NCBI RefSeq assembly: GCF_009914755.1
Contig: NC_060944.1
Strand: one strand, 5' to 3'
DNA from: the human T2T-CHM13v2.0 reference genome, Homo sapiens
DNA: 64,000 bases
Positions 17,930-32,910 of this stretch are shown here, piece after piece. How positions within the stretch are numbered: the first letter of the stretch is position 1; every line of letters begins with the position of its first letter. Under the pieces are notes generated by a model, which had not been told where the DNA came from, ran no database searches, and saw only the letters and a list, made by a program, of their open reading frames with translations. Both the position numbers and the translations under genes were made by a program.

Positions 17930-20043
17930 CTGCTCCCCCTAAGTATTAGGCAAACCCTGGAGAAGCCACACGGATGAACAGCCTGAGGAACTCAAGGGAG
18001 CATGTGAATAGGTGCACAATAACACATTATAACACAGGGAAACTCTGAAATACTATGGGAGGAAGTACGTTCAGAGTAGGTGAGACCAACTGAAGGAAGT
18101 GGGGACTCTACCAAAGGAGTCACCTCATTGCATTTATCTCTGCCTTGCATTCTACCCCTCTGCCTTACAGACCTCCTTGTAGGGCCAGGTCAGGCTTCAT
18201 GTCTCCCACCAACCCCAGTCACTCAGAAAGGAGCAAGTACTCTGGTTGCCATATTTCTGTCTCTGGAAAGGATGCCTGTCTTCCCAGTTGGGAAGACCAT
18301 TCCTCAGCTCGGTCCGGTGGACTGCTGCCTGTAGGACATGCAGAGGCAGGCAGGCTGCATCTGCTTCTGGAGATAAGCTCCCGCTGCAGAGCTTTTGTCA
18401 GGTTGGCCACTGTCCCGCAACAGCCTTTCTAACCCAGCGCCATGGACCAGCTATGCTCTTCACCAATAGCCTAGGCAAGAGCTTCAAGTGCTCTTAGGAG
18501 TCATTCCGTGTGATGCTAACCTGGGGCTTCAAGCCTACCATTGGGAATCACTATCCCTTGTGACACTGTGTCCAGGCCCCACCTCCTGCCTGTCCGATAG
18601 ATTGGATTTCTTGCAGTGTTGGCATCATCCCAGTCACACCTCGTTTTACCAGGTATTTTATAGAACCTCCCAGATGAGAATTAAGATAATGAGTATGAAA
18701 GATAATGAGTATGATAATGAGTTGAGAAATTCCAAAGCCCCAGAAAAATACATAAGATGATATCACCAAACCTTTCCGCCCACTCTAGAGTGTAGTCCTT
18801 GGAACTCAGCCCTTGTCACTATTCCCATTTTCCCTGGGTGATCTCATCTGTTCCCCTGGTTTTAATTACTACGTATATGATAATAACACTCCTATCTGCA
18901 TGTCTAGTTTAGATCTCTCTCCTGACCTTTAGATTTTTATTTTGACAGATTCCTAGATATCTATATTTCAGTGTATTCCACAGATACTTCAGAGTAAACA
19001 GAACTCACCCCCTTCCTCACTAAGGCTTCCTCTTCCTTCGGAATTCTGTATCTCATCAAGGTTTCTGATGAGTCTCCAAAGAGCTCCAGCCGGAAGAAAC
19101 ACACACATCCCATGCAGTCTTTTCTCCATACCAAGTGCAGAGCTGAGCTCTGGTGTGGCCACCGGGAGGCAGTGCAGACTTGAGGATGTGTTTCGCAGCA
19201 AGGCTTCAGGAGCCCCAATCCTGAGCAATCCCAGTCCTGCATGCAACTTCTGCCCAGCTTCCTTTCCTCTCTTTTTCAGGGAATGTCTTTGTCTGAGTCC
19301 ACCATTGACTCAGGCTCCTATTGAATTGGTAAGGGAGGGACTGGAATGGGGCCCAAGTGCAAAGCTCCTTCACAGAGCAGCATGCACCCCCATATGCACA
19401 TATCCTGGAACACTGCCTGCCTTCAGCTCCTGAGAGGCACAGTTCAACAAATCAAGCTGGAGGCTTCTTTGAGCCAGGAAACCTAAAAGACTTTAAAGGA
19501 AAGTGTGGAGCCTGGTGTTAAACAGGTATTACTTTGTTCCCTGACATACAGGTGGTGGAAATGTCACATTTCTTTAATTTTCTAAATTAAATACCCTTGG
19601 CTTCCATCCAACAATGAGTAGCAAATCCAATCTTGGTCCTTTATCAGGAGCTTACACATACTGGGGGGAAGATGTCTCTTAGATGAGGGTGCCTGTCACC
19701 CCTGGCGCTCTTTGCCCAAAACAATTCTACGACCCTTTCTCCAGGTTTCTCTATGGCATGAAGACCTCTGCTGAGGCTCGGGATCAGCAGTGCCTTTGCT
19801 TACCTCCCTGAGCACACTGTCATCCCCATTGAAGGCCCTCTGGTCCCAGCGGTCTGTGGGAGGCCTGGAGCAGGACCTGGCCACAAAAGGAGGCTGCAGT
19901 GCTCCTCAGCACCATGCCTCAAAGCCAGGCTCAGGAAATTCTCCTCTGCCCTCTTCTAATTCTACAAATCCTTCCTCCTCTCAGACAAAACAGTTTTATT
20001 GCCTCTAAGACTGGGTTAATTTTTTAAAACAAAAGCTTGTTGA

Positions 20044-20925
<882 letters not shown>

Positions 20926-21204
20926 GAGATGAGAGAAAGCCTGATCTCCAGAACAAAAAGCCCTGGTTACCCTTTGGGATTGGGAGTGTGGAGGAAGATA
21001 GGAATGGTCTATTCTTTTGTGAAGAACAGAAATGGCAGACACTACAGAAAATCAGTCAATTTCTCAACCAGGTTACCCTCCCTGCACTAAAGTGGTGCTT
21101 ACCTCATACCTTGTTGCCAAAGTTTGGGGCCTGCCTCAGATTGGTGATGCATCAGATTGGAAGTAAGCAGCAAACTTGGATCCCCCAAGCTTTAAAACAT
21201 TTAA

Positions 21205-21480
21205 AAAAATTTTATGGATACATAATAGTTGCACATTTTATAAGGTGCATGTGATATTTTCATACATGCATAAAATATATAATGATCAACTCAGGATAAT
21301 TGGGATATCCATCACCTCAAGCGTTTATCATTGTGTTAGGAATACTCCAACTCTACGCTTTTATTTTGAAATATGTAATAAATTATTGTTAACTATAGTT
21401 GCCCTTTTGTGCTACCCAACACTAGATCTTATTCCTTGTATCTAACTGTATTTTTGTACCCATTAACCAACCCCTCTCTT
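21205..21480 (-). mobile_element. L1MA-type 3'UTR fragment
   Basis: tttatggatacataatagttgcaca...aatgatcaactcaggataattgggatatccatcacctcaagc; paralogous to 33230-33440. Confidence 0.8.
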
Positions 21481-22954
21481 TATCTATCTGTATAGTCGAC
21501 AACTTCCAGCTTCTCCAGAAGTGGCAAATAACTTTCCAACTGGGTATCCACACAGAAATATGTGAGCATGCTTACATGGCATGTGCTGCCCCACCTCCCC
21601 CTGTGAGGAGCTTGGTTACAGCTACAGCATTTCTACAACCTCTTTAAACCAACTTTGTAGTATCCGGCAGCAAAGTATCATTCCCTGACATTCGAGTCAT
21701 TGAGTCTCTGAAGACTTGGAAAAGGGATAATAAGCCAAATCATTCAGGAACCAGGGGGTCCCAGAGAGGTATGTAATAAATTTCATCCAGATGTTGGAAT
21801 TGGCCTTTTTTTCTTCCATCTTTTTTTTTTTCCAGTTACATTAAAAACCAAACACATTGTTGTTATCTTATCAAGCAAGGTGGGAAGAACATTTTTTCCT
21901 TTATTTCTAGGTAAGCCTGCACAAAGGATTGAAAGGGCTAACAGCATATGGGTAATACAGGATCTGCATTATTGGACATCTGAATTATTGGAGAGTACTT
22001 TGTACATGACAGAATTATCCAGATAGGTAAATGGTGTTGCAAACACTTCACCAAAATCCAACTAGAGACCTCTAAGTTCATTTTAATGTACAGCTTCCAA
22101 ACTGTTTATCTGCAGTGTAGGCAGCCCAGTCTGTTTTAAAATCCTTCTAGGAAACTATGGCCGTGCAAATCAGTCCAACAAATAGCCAAATGTGCATGTT
22201 ACTCTGTTAGAAAGGGAAAAGTAGATGCAGGCATAAGTGCAAATTTTTATCTCATGGCATCCGAGGAACCTAAATGTCTGGACAGCTTTGTTGTGCCATG
22301 TGGCTGACAACCAGGTTATTAGATAACTCACAAAACTCTTCTCCAGCAGCCCAGAGTTTCCTGAGGTTACCTCTTCCCATGGGACTAGAATGAAGAAAAA
22401 AGAAAAACAGATATCCCCAAGCTGCAGCCACATTTAATGTCCCCTTTACCCCACAATTGAACTCCTGCTCCCTGGAGGAAAACCCTAAATAAATATACCA
22501 GTGGCAGCAGAGAGGGATTATTTTTGATAGTGGCTGCTCCTGACTCCAAGCTGTGGGCACTGAACTAGAAAGCAGTGCTGAGAGAGAGAACCAGGAATAA
22601 ATGACACTGGGAAATGGGAAACCCAGAGAAGAAAAAAATCTTACTTTCTTCCCCTGAAAAAGATGCACTTTGCAAGGTTCATCTTTTCATCTTTTAATCT
22701 GGTGAGTCTCGAAATTTTTAGTCTTTAGACTACTTAAGCAGAACAAGAGTCTCACCTATTTACTAGATTAAATAAACAAGCAAGCAAACAAAAAACACCC
22801 TTGAGGTGTTTTTGCTGAATCCCTTGTGATTATTTATAGCTCCTTTCAAAAATATTTGCTTTGGTGCATTTAAATTTTATTTCAAATCTGCAGTGGAAAA
22901 TCTGTTTCAAAGGAAAAAAAAAAAAAAGAAAGAACCACCCAACACGCTTGCATT

Positions 22955-23154
22955 TCGACTCAGCCCGCTGAACGCCTGGAAGAAATTTTGCAGACCCACC
23001 AGAGATCCCCAGATTCCACTTGTAAAACCATTGATCTAAAAACTACGTCTTGACTTCAGAACACTTCTTTTGATCTGGAATTATCTATTATTGACCACAG
23101 AGAGCAGCCACTGACGATTTCCTGGAACAGGGCCCTGTATAGAGAGAGGTGAGC
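22955..23154 (+). promoter_or_regulatory. ASIP: Candidate ASIP upstream non-coding first exon (exon 1A / ventral-promoter type), ending at 23148
   Basis: Unique sequence ending in donor GAG|GTGAGC (23148/23149); position relative to XPOTP1 fits the recalled start of the long ASIP isoform; 5' boundary approximate. Confidence 0.55.
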
Positions 23155-24457
23155 TCCAGGGAGGGAAGAAGAAATTTCTTTCGCTTTCTGAGCGGGTGCT
23201 TTGGTACAGTACAATATCTATGCTATAGTAATATATCTATGGGCTTGACTTCTTCTTCTCCTCGTTTTCCTCTTTCTCCATCCCCCTCCTTCCTCATCTC
23301 CTTATTTTTTTTGTTTATTTGCTTCTTCTATAGTAAAACTTTCTGAAAGCCAATGTGCCTGGATGATTTTTGCCTGGTACATTCTGCTAATTGGAGTTTC
23401 AGAATCACAGTTTCTTGCTTGGGTGCAGAATTTTCAAAAGTGTTTAAGTGCCTAAATTATTGTTGTAGTTGCTGGCCACTGCCCATGCCTTGTAGACAGG
23501 CAGCTGAGAAGGTACCAGAAAAAAAAAAAAAGGCTGCAGGTCTGTACCCTTCACTGTACCAGAATGCAGAGCCCTACTGAGCTGTAGGAATGCAGAACCC
23601 TACTGAGCTGCTCCTCATGGAAGGAGCAGCCATGTTGTACTGAGCTGACAACACGGGCAATGGAAAGAGCAAACCCAGGGCGTAAATGGAACCAGGCCCT
23701 GGAAGCGTTTGGTTGGGAGTCTCCCAACTGAGCTGAGCCCTGAGAATAAGATGGTTCCTTTGGCCAAGTGGCTCTGTGAAAATGAGGAAGAATCTGATCC
23801 ACGATGAAGGTAAGGAGTGCATCTGTGTCTCCTCTCCTCAAGCCACAGGGATCTCATTAAGGATCAGGGCACTTACGCTGATGGCTTCACTTTAGGCACA
23901 ACCCTCAGCAGGAGGGCCCCATGCAAAGATAATTACCAGGAATGGTGGGCCCATTACAGCCCTTTGATTTGGTCACTCCAACATACTGTTAGACAGATGT
24001 AAGAAAGCTGACCGACATTTACCTAAAAGTGACAAATTGCAGGTTGAAGGATTTGGTTTCAGCCTCTGGCAGGTTGGGGCTTTGAAAAAACAGAATATAC
24101 CAGACTCTTGCTTTGGAGCTCTTGCAAATTCAAGTACATAAGGACAGATATAGCCAAAATTGAGACAATTACCTTTTTTTTTGTTTTGTTTTGTTTGTTT
24201 TTTTTGCTGGAGTAGCTCGAGTGAGGAACAATTACTTTTAATAGTCTATTTTACTGTCCAGCGCAGTAACCCCCATAACCCCCATATATTGTAACTGGCT
24301 CTGGGTTGGAAGGCAGTCTGGGAAAGGGCCTGTTTCTGCTTCTTTGAGACAGCCTGCAGGAAACTTCAAAGTTAAAATAACATAAAACTTGCCATATCTT
24401 GGTTCCACTATGAGTGTTTCTCTTCCAAGCACTTCTGCCTATGGGTAAGCATTCTAG

Positions 24458-24860
<403 letters not shown>

Positions 24861-25480
24861 GAAAAGGAAGATTTCTTATAGAAAATAGGAAACAAAAAGT
24901 TCAGATGTCTGGGAGGAGATGCGGGCGGGACGTCATCTTTGAAATAAAAAAGAGTACGATTCATAGGGGAAATGTACACAAAGAGACTGTGAGTTGAGAA
25001 AAACCTGACTTGTGTTGGGGAGATTTATTCAGATTTTGGGAAGAAATTGGAAAGAACTATAAAGCTAGAGTCTGTAATTAGTTCCCATACCTGCGTAGCC
25101 GGTTCTGAGGGGTGAAGTACTCCCTAGAGCCCTTAGAGGTCTGCATTTTGCTCACAGGGCAGCTGTCTTGAGGAAAAAGATGAAGAATGGGAGTGTTATG
25201 GAGGGCATACGCCCCTCTGATCATCACCACAAAGGTAGGATCCAGCTATAAATTGCCTGCTAGAGAGTCACCAGTTCCGTCTCCATCTGTTCCCCAAACT
25301 TGTGCTTATGGATTTGACATTCAGGTATTTTTCAGAAGAATCAGCTTGAAGCAAAAATACTGAACTTAAACATTCTTTTTTTTTTTTTTTTTAAATTCAA
25401 ACCCACAATTTGAATCTTGTTTAAAAGATGGAAGGATGAGAAGTGTGATTCTCTTGGCTTGTTTAGAAATAGCCATAGCA

Positions 25481-25765
25481 GGTCGGGTGCAGTGGCTCAC
25501 ACCTATAATCCCAACACTTTGGGAGGCTGAGGCAGGTGGATCACGAGGTCAAGAGTTTGAGACCAGCCTGGCCAACATGGTGAAACCCTGTCTCTACTAA
25601 AAATACAAAAATTAGCCAGGTGTGATGGCGGGTGCCTACTCTAGAGGCTGAGGCAGGAGAATTGCTGGAACTCAGGAGGCGGGGGTTGCGGTGAGCAGAG
25701 ATCGTGCCACTGCACTCTAGCCTGGGCAGCAGAGCAAGACTCCGTCTCAAAAATAGAAAAAAAGA
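25481..25765 (+). mobile_element. AluS
   Basis: Full Alu. Confidence 0.92.
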
Positions 25766-26444
25766 AGTAGCTGTACTAGACGGGATCCCAGGTCTTACGC
25801 ATTTTCACTCTTCCTTCGGGTTAGCCTCCTCTCAAGTGCCTTCAGGACTTGTTCAATACAGTCAGTAATTGGGCTTTTAGAAAGAGGAAAAGTATTTATG
25901 TAAAATTGCCTCCTTATGTCCTGTAGCTACACCCCGTGTGCATCCAGGGAAGTGTACGCAGTGACCACTGAGTGGGTATCCGCTTATTTCATGGTAGAAC
26001 TGACTTAAAGCAGATACCTAGTCCTTGGCATTTCTATAAGTTAGGGACAAATTTCTCATCCTCAGCATTATTATAAATTAGGGACACAGAGAAAAACTTG
26101 CTGGCTCCTAGTGAAGGCATTCATTGCTTGGAACCCAGACTCCGCAAGGTCATGCAGCCTGACAACTGGCTGTAGTGCACCAAGCTCATAATCAGGAATT
26201 AAGAGACCAGAGTCAGGCTTGCATCTGCGTATAACTACCTGTGAGACTTTAATCTACATATTGACCGCCTCAGGGGTTCCATCTTCCTATGAATCAAATG
26301 GGAAAACAAAGACTCACCTCCTCTACTAGCAAGAATTCTTGTAGATACCATGACAGGTTAAAAGTATTTGCCACAGCTGGGGAAGAGAGAATGGGGTCAG
26401 ACCCTTGATGTTGTGGTAGCTGACTTTTTTACTTGATTGCTTAA

Positions 26445-26776
26445 TTTTTTTTTTTTTTTTTTTGAGACGGAGTCTCACTCTGCCACTCAGGCTGGAGTGC
26501 AGTGGCGTGATCTCAACTCACTGCAACCTCCACCTCCAGGATCTGCTTCTGCATTTCCTCAATGGTAAATAAATTCAAGCGATTCTCATGCCTCAGTCTC
26601 CCAAGTAGCTGGGACTACAGCTACATGCCACCACACCCAGCTAATTTTTGTATTTTTAGTAGAGACGGGGTTTCACCATGTTGGCCAGGCTGGGCTTGAA
26701 CTCCTGACCTCAGGTGATCTGCCGACATCAGGCTCCCAAACTGCTAGGATTACAGGCGTGAGCCACCGAGCCCGGT
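26445..26776 (-). mobile_element. AluS with 33-bp non-Alu insertion
   Basis: Antisense Alu interrupted at 26541-26573; TSD-like attgcttaa. Confidence 0.9.
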
Positions 26777-26849
26777 CATTGCTTAACGTTTTAAATCCTC
26801 ATCTTCCATTTTCCTGGGCTCCTAAATGGCCTGGATACACTTTTATTTT

Positions 26850-27167
26850 CTTTTTTATGTATTTATGTATGTATGTATTTATTTATTTTTCAGAGACAGG
26901 ATCTCCCTCTGTCACCCAGGCTGGAGTGCAGTGGTGTGATCATCCTTCACTGCAGCCTTGAACTCCTGGGCTCAAGTGATCCTCCCCCTCAGGTTCCCAA
27001 GTAGCTAGGATTACAGGCACATACCACCATGCCCAGCTAATTTTTAAATTTTTTGTAGAGATAGGGTCTTGCTGTGTTGCCCAGGCTGGTCTCTAACTTC
27101 AAGTGAACCTCCCACCTCAACCTCCCAAAGTGCTGGGATTACAGGTCTGAGCCACCATGCCTAGCCC
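26850..27167 (-). mobile_element. AluJ
   Basis: Diverged antisense Alu. Confidence 0.88.
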
Positions 27168-28490
27168 CTTATTTTCTTGTAAGTTTTTATTGATTTAAAA
27201 TACAGTTACAGAAAAGTGTTCATATCGATGAATTTTCACTATGTGAACACTCCCAGAAAACTAGAATCTAGATCTAGAAACAGAGCATTACCAGCACCCA
27301 GAAGCCTCCTCATTCCCCCTTCAAGTCCCTTTTTCTTACCAAAGTTAGTCACTACCCTGACTTCTAACACCATACATTAAATTTTGCCTGTTTGGGGGCT
27401 TTATATGTGTGTGTAGGTGTTTTTATGCGTGGCTTCTTTCGCTTAATATTAAGTTTGTGAGATTCATTTATGTTGTATATGGTAATATTTTATTTGTTCT
27501 CATTATTGTGTGGTATTACATGAATACCACAATTTGTTTATCCATTTGTTTATCCATAATTTATTTATCTACAATTTACATGGATAAATGCCACAGTTTA
27601 TTTATCCATTGTCTTATTGATGGACACATGGAGTGTTTGCAGTTGGGGGCTATTACTGAACAGAAGCATTAGGAACATCTGTGAATACTTTTTTTTTTTA
27701 AAGAACATATGAGTGCATTTCTATCTAGAAGTAGAATTGCTGAATCATAGGACATGTGTGTTCCGCTTTTACAGATATTGTCAGTTTTCCAAAATGATTG
27801 TATCATTTTACACTCCCACCAGCAATGTCTGAGATTTGTTTTTTCTTACATCCTCATCAGTGGTTGGTATTGTCTGTCTTTTACGTTTAGCCATTTTGAT
27901 GGGTGTATAGTGGAATGCTTCTTTATTTTAATTTTTATTCCTTGAAGACTAATGACGTTTAGCACCTTTTTACATATTTATTGGCCTTTTGACTATCCTG
28001 TTTTGAGAAATATCTGTTCAGATTTTGAACCCATTTCTCTACTAGGTTGTCTGACATTTTTATTGACCTATAAGAGTTCTTTAAATATAGATATGAGCCC
28101 TTTGTTGTGTACATGTTGCAAATATCATCTCCCACAAGGCTATGTGGAGTCACACTGGAGCTTCAGGCAAAAGAAAAAATAAAAATCCTGATTCCTGTCT
28201 TTATTTTAGATTTTGATATTTTGTTCACCATGGATTTTTTTGCATTAAATTTGATTTTTTAAAATATTGCATCAAATGTTTATTTCTCCTGATTACTGAG
28301 TTTTTTGTCACCCCCGTAAAGAACTGTATCCAAGGCAAGAGCCTCACTTGCCTCACCCCAATCCTGGCCCATCCCATTCTGTGTCTTGCATTGTCATGCT
28401 CTTTAATATATATTGTTATTTGTTGAAAAGCAGTTTCTAATCTAATGAAGTCCAAATGTTCAAGCTTTTCTTTTAAGATTAGTGCCTTTT

Positions 28491-29418
28491 CATTTGGATC
28501 ACATTTATACAGTTATAAAAATAAAGATTTGATTTTGGTCATTCTTCAGATGTTTGGCTCTGAATGACTTAAGCTGAAGTAACTGGTTCCTTTTTTTAAA
28601 TGTTGTGCCATCATTTCACCCGATGAGCATTTCTTGGAGCCTGCTAGATAGTGTTAGGTCCTCAGGCTGTAAAGAGGTCTTCAACAGGATGTAAAGCAAA
28701 CTTAATTGTAATTACTTTATTCTGCCGATTAAGAAATACAGTACTAAAGTTTTATCTCTAGTCCCTCAAATTGGCATCCCTCAAATTGGCATCTGGTAAT
28801 GTACATTGTGGGGTAGACTGATAATCAAATGACAGTGCAACATCTTACCAAGAAGTAAATATGATCTGAGTGTCCTATAAATAATGTAAGAGCAGGTTTT
28901 CAAACTTGGAGAGCTGTTTTCTCATTTCATGTACACTTGCCCCAAATTGTAGTTTTTGAAGTCATGTGCATTGCACGTTGGATGAGCCAGGGAAATTATT
29001 ACATTAACAAGCATTTTGTGTGTATGTAGTAGTTACTTTGTACTGAGAGAACTTGCTTTGGGGTGCAATTAAACAATAAACTGATTTTATTTGGGAGAAA
29101 CAGGGAAGGGTGCACTTACTAGCAACCTAAGAATAATTTTTCAGCTTTTGCCCTTAAGGTTTAAATTACAATTCCAAAATGTTAGACATACTGTATCTTT
29201 TTGTTCAGTGTGGCTTTAATTTTCCCCCCTATGGTTTGTTCTTTAATGCCTTTTACATTTGGACACATAGTTTATGCTTTTTAGATTTTGGTTGCTATCT
29301 TGCCAAAATAAGTGTTAGCTGTGTTTCAAACTTGATTTTCTTTCTTTCTTTCTTTCTTTCCTTCCTTCCTTCCTTCCTTCCTTCCTTCCTTCCTTCCTTC
29401 CTTCCTTCCTTCCTTCCT

Positions 29419-29454
<36 letters not shown>

Positions 29455-30484
29455 TTTTTTCCTCCAGAATGTCTTATTTAAAAAGAAAGCTAAAAGTATA
29501 CTTCTAAGTTAGAGCCTCTATTTTTGTATAACACTTGGGATATTTTTTACTTCACATTGAATATAGACAGGCACCCAAGAAGTCTGATGGCCACCGGAGT
29601 GCGGGTGACAAGGACCTGACAGAGCCCATGCAGGGCTTTAGATTTGGACACACAAGAGTTGATAACTTCCTTATGAACTCCTTGCCTGATCTAAACTCAA
29701 TATGGATTCTGACTGTGTTTGAGTAAAGGTTAAACCTGTTGGCAGTTACTGCTTTTCACAAAGTGCACAGTGGAAATCGAGAATTGATAGGGTTAATTTT
29801 GGAGCAGTGGCTTATACCATTCACCTCTTTGTTTTTTTGTGACTTATCTCACAGATAATGAGACCTTAATAACAAACAGGTGTAAAAAAATTTCACATTG
29901 AAATGATACAAACATTTGATGTAATAAAACCTTGTTGGCTTGATATTTTAAGGAACTGAAATCTAGCAATCTTACTGGAGAGACAAGAATTGGTCTCCAG
30001 CTGCCTTTGATAGATTCGGGTGCGAGTGGAGCCGGAGCCATATACCTGGAGGGAATGTGGTTTGTCACACCAAAGAGGATTTTTTTTCTTCAAACTTGCA
30101 TGTTGCCTAGGTTTCAAATTCTTTGCCGCAAGGCTGATTTGCTTTCACTAACTGGAATTTTGTAGGAGATACTGGTGACCTAAGCTAAGTTGCATTCAAC
30201 ATACTCAGTGTCAAGCTAATGAGGTTCTGTTATAAAGCTTCTACTTTTAATCTGAGAGAAAACATGTTCAGGGCTTCTAGAACACTAAAAATTTTGACTT
30301 AGAACAGTGTTCAGTCTGGTGCCAAACTTCCAATGGAATTCAAATTCACATAATCTGAACTTTGTTCACAGGTTATCCTAATAGAGTAATTCTTCATTTT
30401 GTTCTATTGAACTGTCTTAAGGATTTGTTTCAAACAGCTAAGTTACTTGATTAAAATAATGATAAAATTGTAAAAAAAAAAAAA
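28491..30484 (+). pseudogene. Retrocopy of an mRNA 3'UTR (5'-truncated processed pseudogene, parent unidentified)
   Basis: ATTAAA at 30450, poly-A 30472-30486, exact 16-bp TSD aagattagtgcctttt (28475-28490 / 30485-30500), TT|AAGA L1-endonuclease-type site, no ORF, non-repeat AU-rich sequence. Confidence 0.85.
29336..29460 (+). repeat. (TTTC)n(TTCC)n(TTTC)n compound microsatellite
   Basis: Directly visible. Confidence 0.97.
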
Positions 30485-30574
30485 AAGATTAGTGCCTTTT
30501 TAAAATCCCTTATAACAAATTTTGTTTTACCCAGTCTTAAAGATATTCTATCTTATATCTTCTAGAACAGCAAG

Positions 30575-30860
30575 CACTGTCCACTTGAACTTTCTGCAAT
30601 AATGGAAATATTCGATACCTGCATTGTCCAACATGTAGCCACTGAATGGCTACTGAGCGCTTGAAATAGCACTAGCCACATATGGCTATTGAGCAATTGA
30701 AATACTACATATGGTCTACGGCCATACCACCCTGAAATATTTTACAGATATTGTCAGTTTTCCAAAATGATTGTGTCAATCTTGTCTGAAACAGTACATA
30801 TGATGAAATGAATTTTAAATTTTATTTACTTTTAAATAATTTAAATGAATTGTGGTGAAT
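30575..30860. mobile_element. MER3/MER33-like hAT remnant
   Basis: aactttctgcaataatggaaatattc...tagccacatatggctattgagca...ttttaaattttattt. Confidence 0.6.
30714..30789 (+). pseudogene. 5S rRNA 5'-end fragment (retroposed), interrupted
   Basis: gtctacggccataccaccctgaa (30714-30736) is the exact 5' end of vertebrate 5S rRNA; a decayed continuation gtcaatcttgtctga follows at 30775-30789; flanked by aaatactacatatg / aaacagtacatatg. Confidence 0.85.
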
Positions 30861-31144
30861 GGCAATGTAGTTCTGGCAATGTTGTTCCACCTGGAATTGA
30901 TTTTCAGGTATGATGTGAGGTCAAGTTTCCCTTTTTTTTCTGTATGGATATTCAATCAATCCAGCATCATGTACCGAAAACACTATTAATTTCCCACTTT
31001 TATTATTAATCCATTGTCTATCTAATATGTGTGTGTTGTTCTGGAATCTCCATTCTTTTCCATTTGTCCATTAGTCTGTCTTTCTGCCACTTGCACCCTG
31101 TTTCCATTTCCTGTAACTTTGCAATAAGTTTTGATATTTGGTAG

Positions 31145-31487
<343 letters not shown>

Positions 31488-31799
31488 TGGCTATTCTTGA
31501 ACTTCTATATTTCCACATAAACTTTAGGATAACTTTATAAATTCTACCAAAAAAAACCCTGCTGGAATTTTTATTGGGATTACATTAAATCTGTCCATCA
31601 ATTAATATGAAAGTCTTTACAATATTAAATTTTTTTATCCATGAATATGGTATATCCCTTCACTAGTTGAAGTCTTATTAAAATTTTTTGATGTTTTATA
31701 GTTTTCTATGTAGAAACCTGGTATATTATTCATTGGATTTATTCCCAATTATTTTCTATTTATTTTATAAGTGGCATATATATATGTATATTATATATA

Positions 31800-32430
<631 letters not shown>

Positions 32431-32588
32431 TAATGTTCATTTTTAGTTGTTTGATGCTGGCATATTGACATAATAATTAAAATTTTGTATTTATACTTGC
32501 ATACAGCAACCCTGCTTAATTAACTTAATAATTCTTATAGTTTATTTATAGATTCACAATCATGTAGTATGTGTAGTGTGTGTAGTGA

Positions 32589-32910
<322 letters not shown>

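Noticed and set aside
23740-23815. Possible extra exon ending at AAG|GTAAGG (23809/23810)
   Set aside because: Good donor but no convincing upstream acceptor; cannot be supported from sequence alone
30714-30789. Functional 5S rRNA gene
   Set aside because: Only ~40 nt of the 5' end, interrupted, and lacking the internal Pol III promoter boxes
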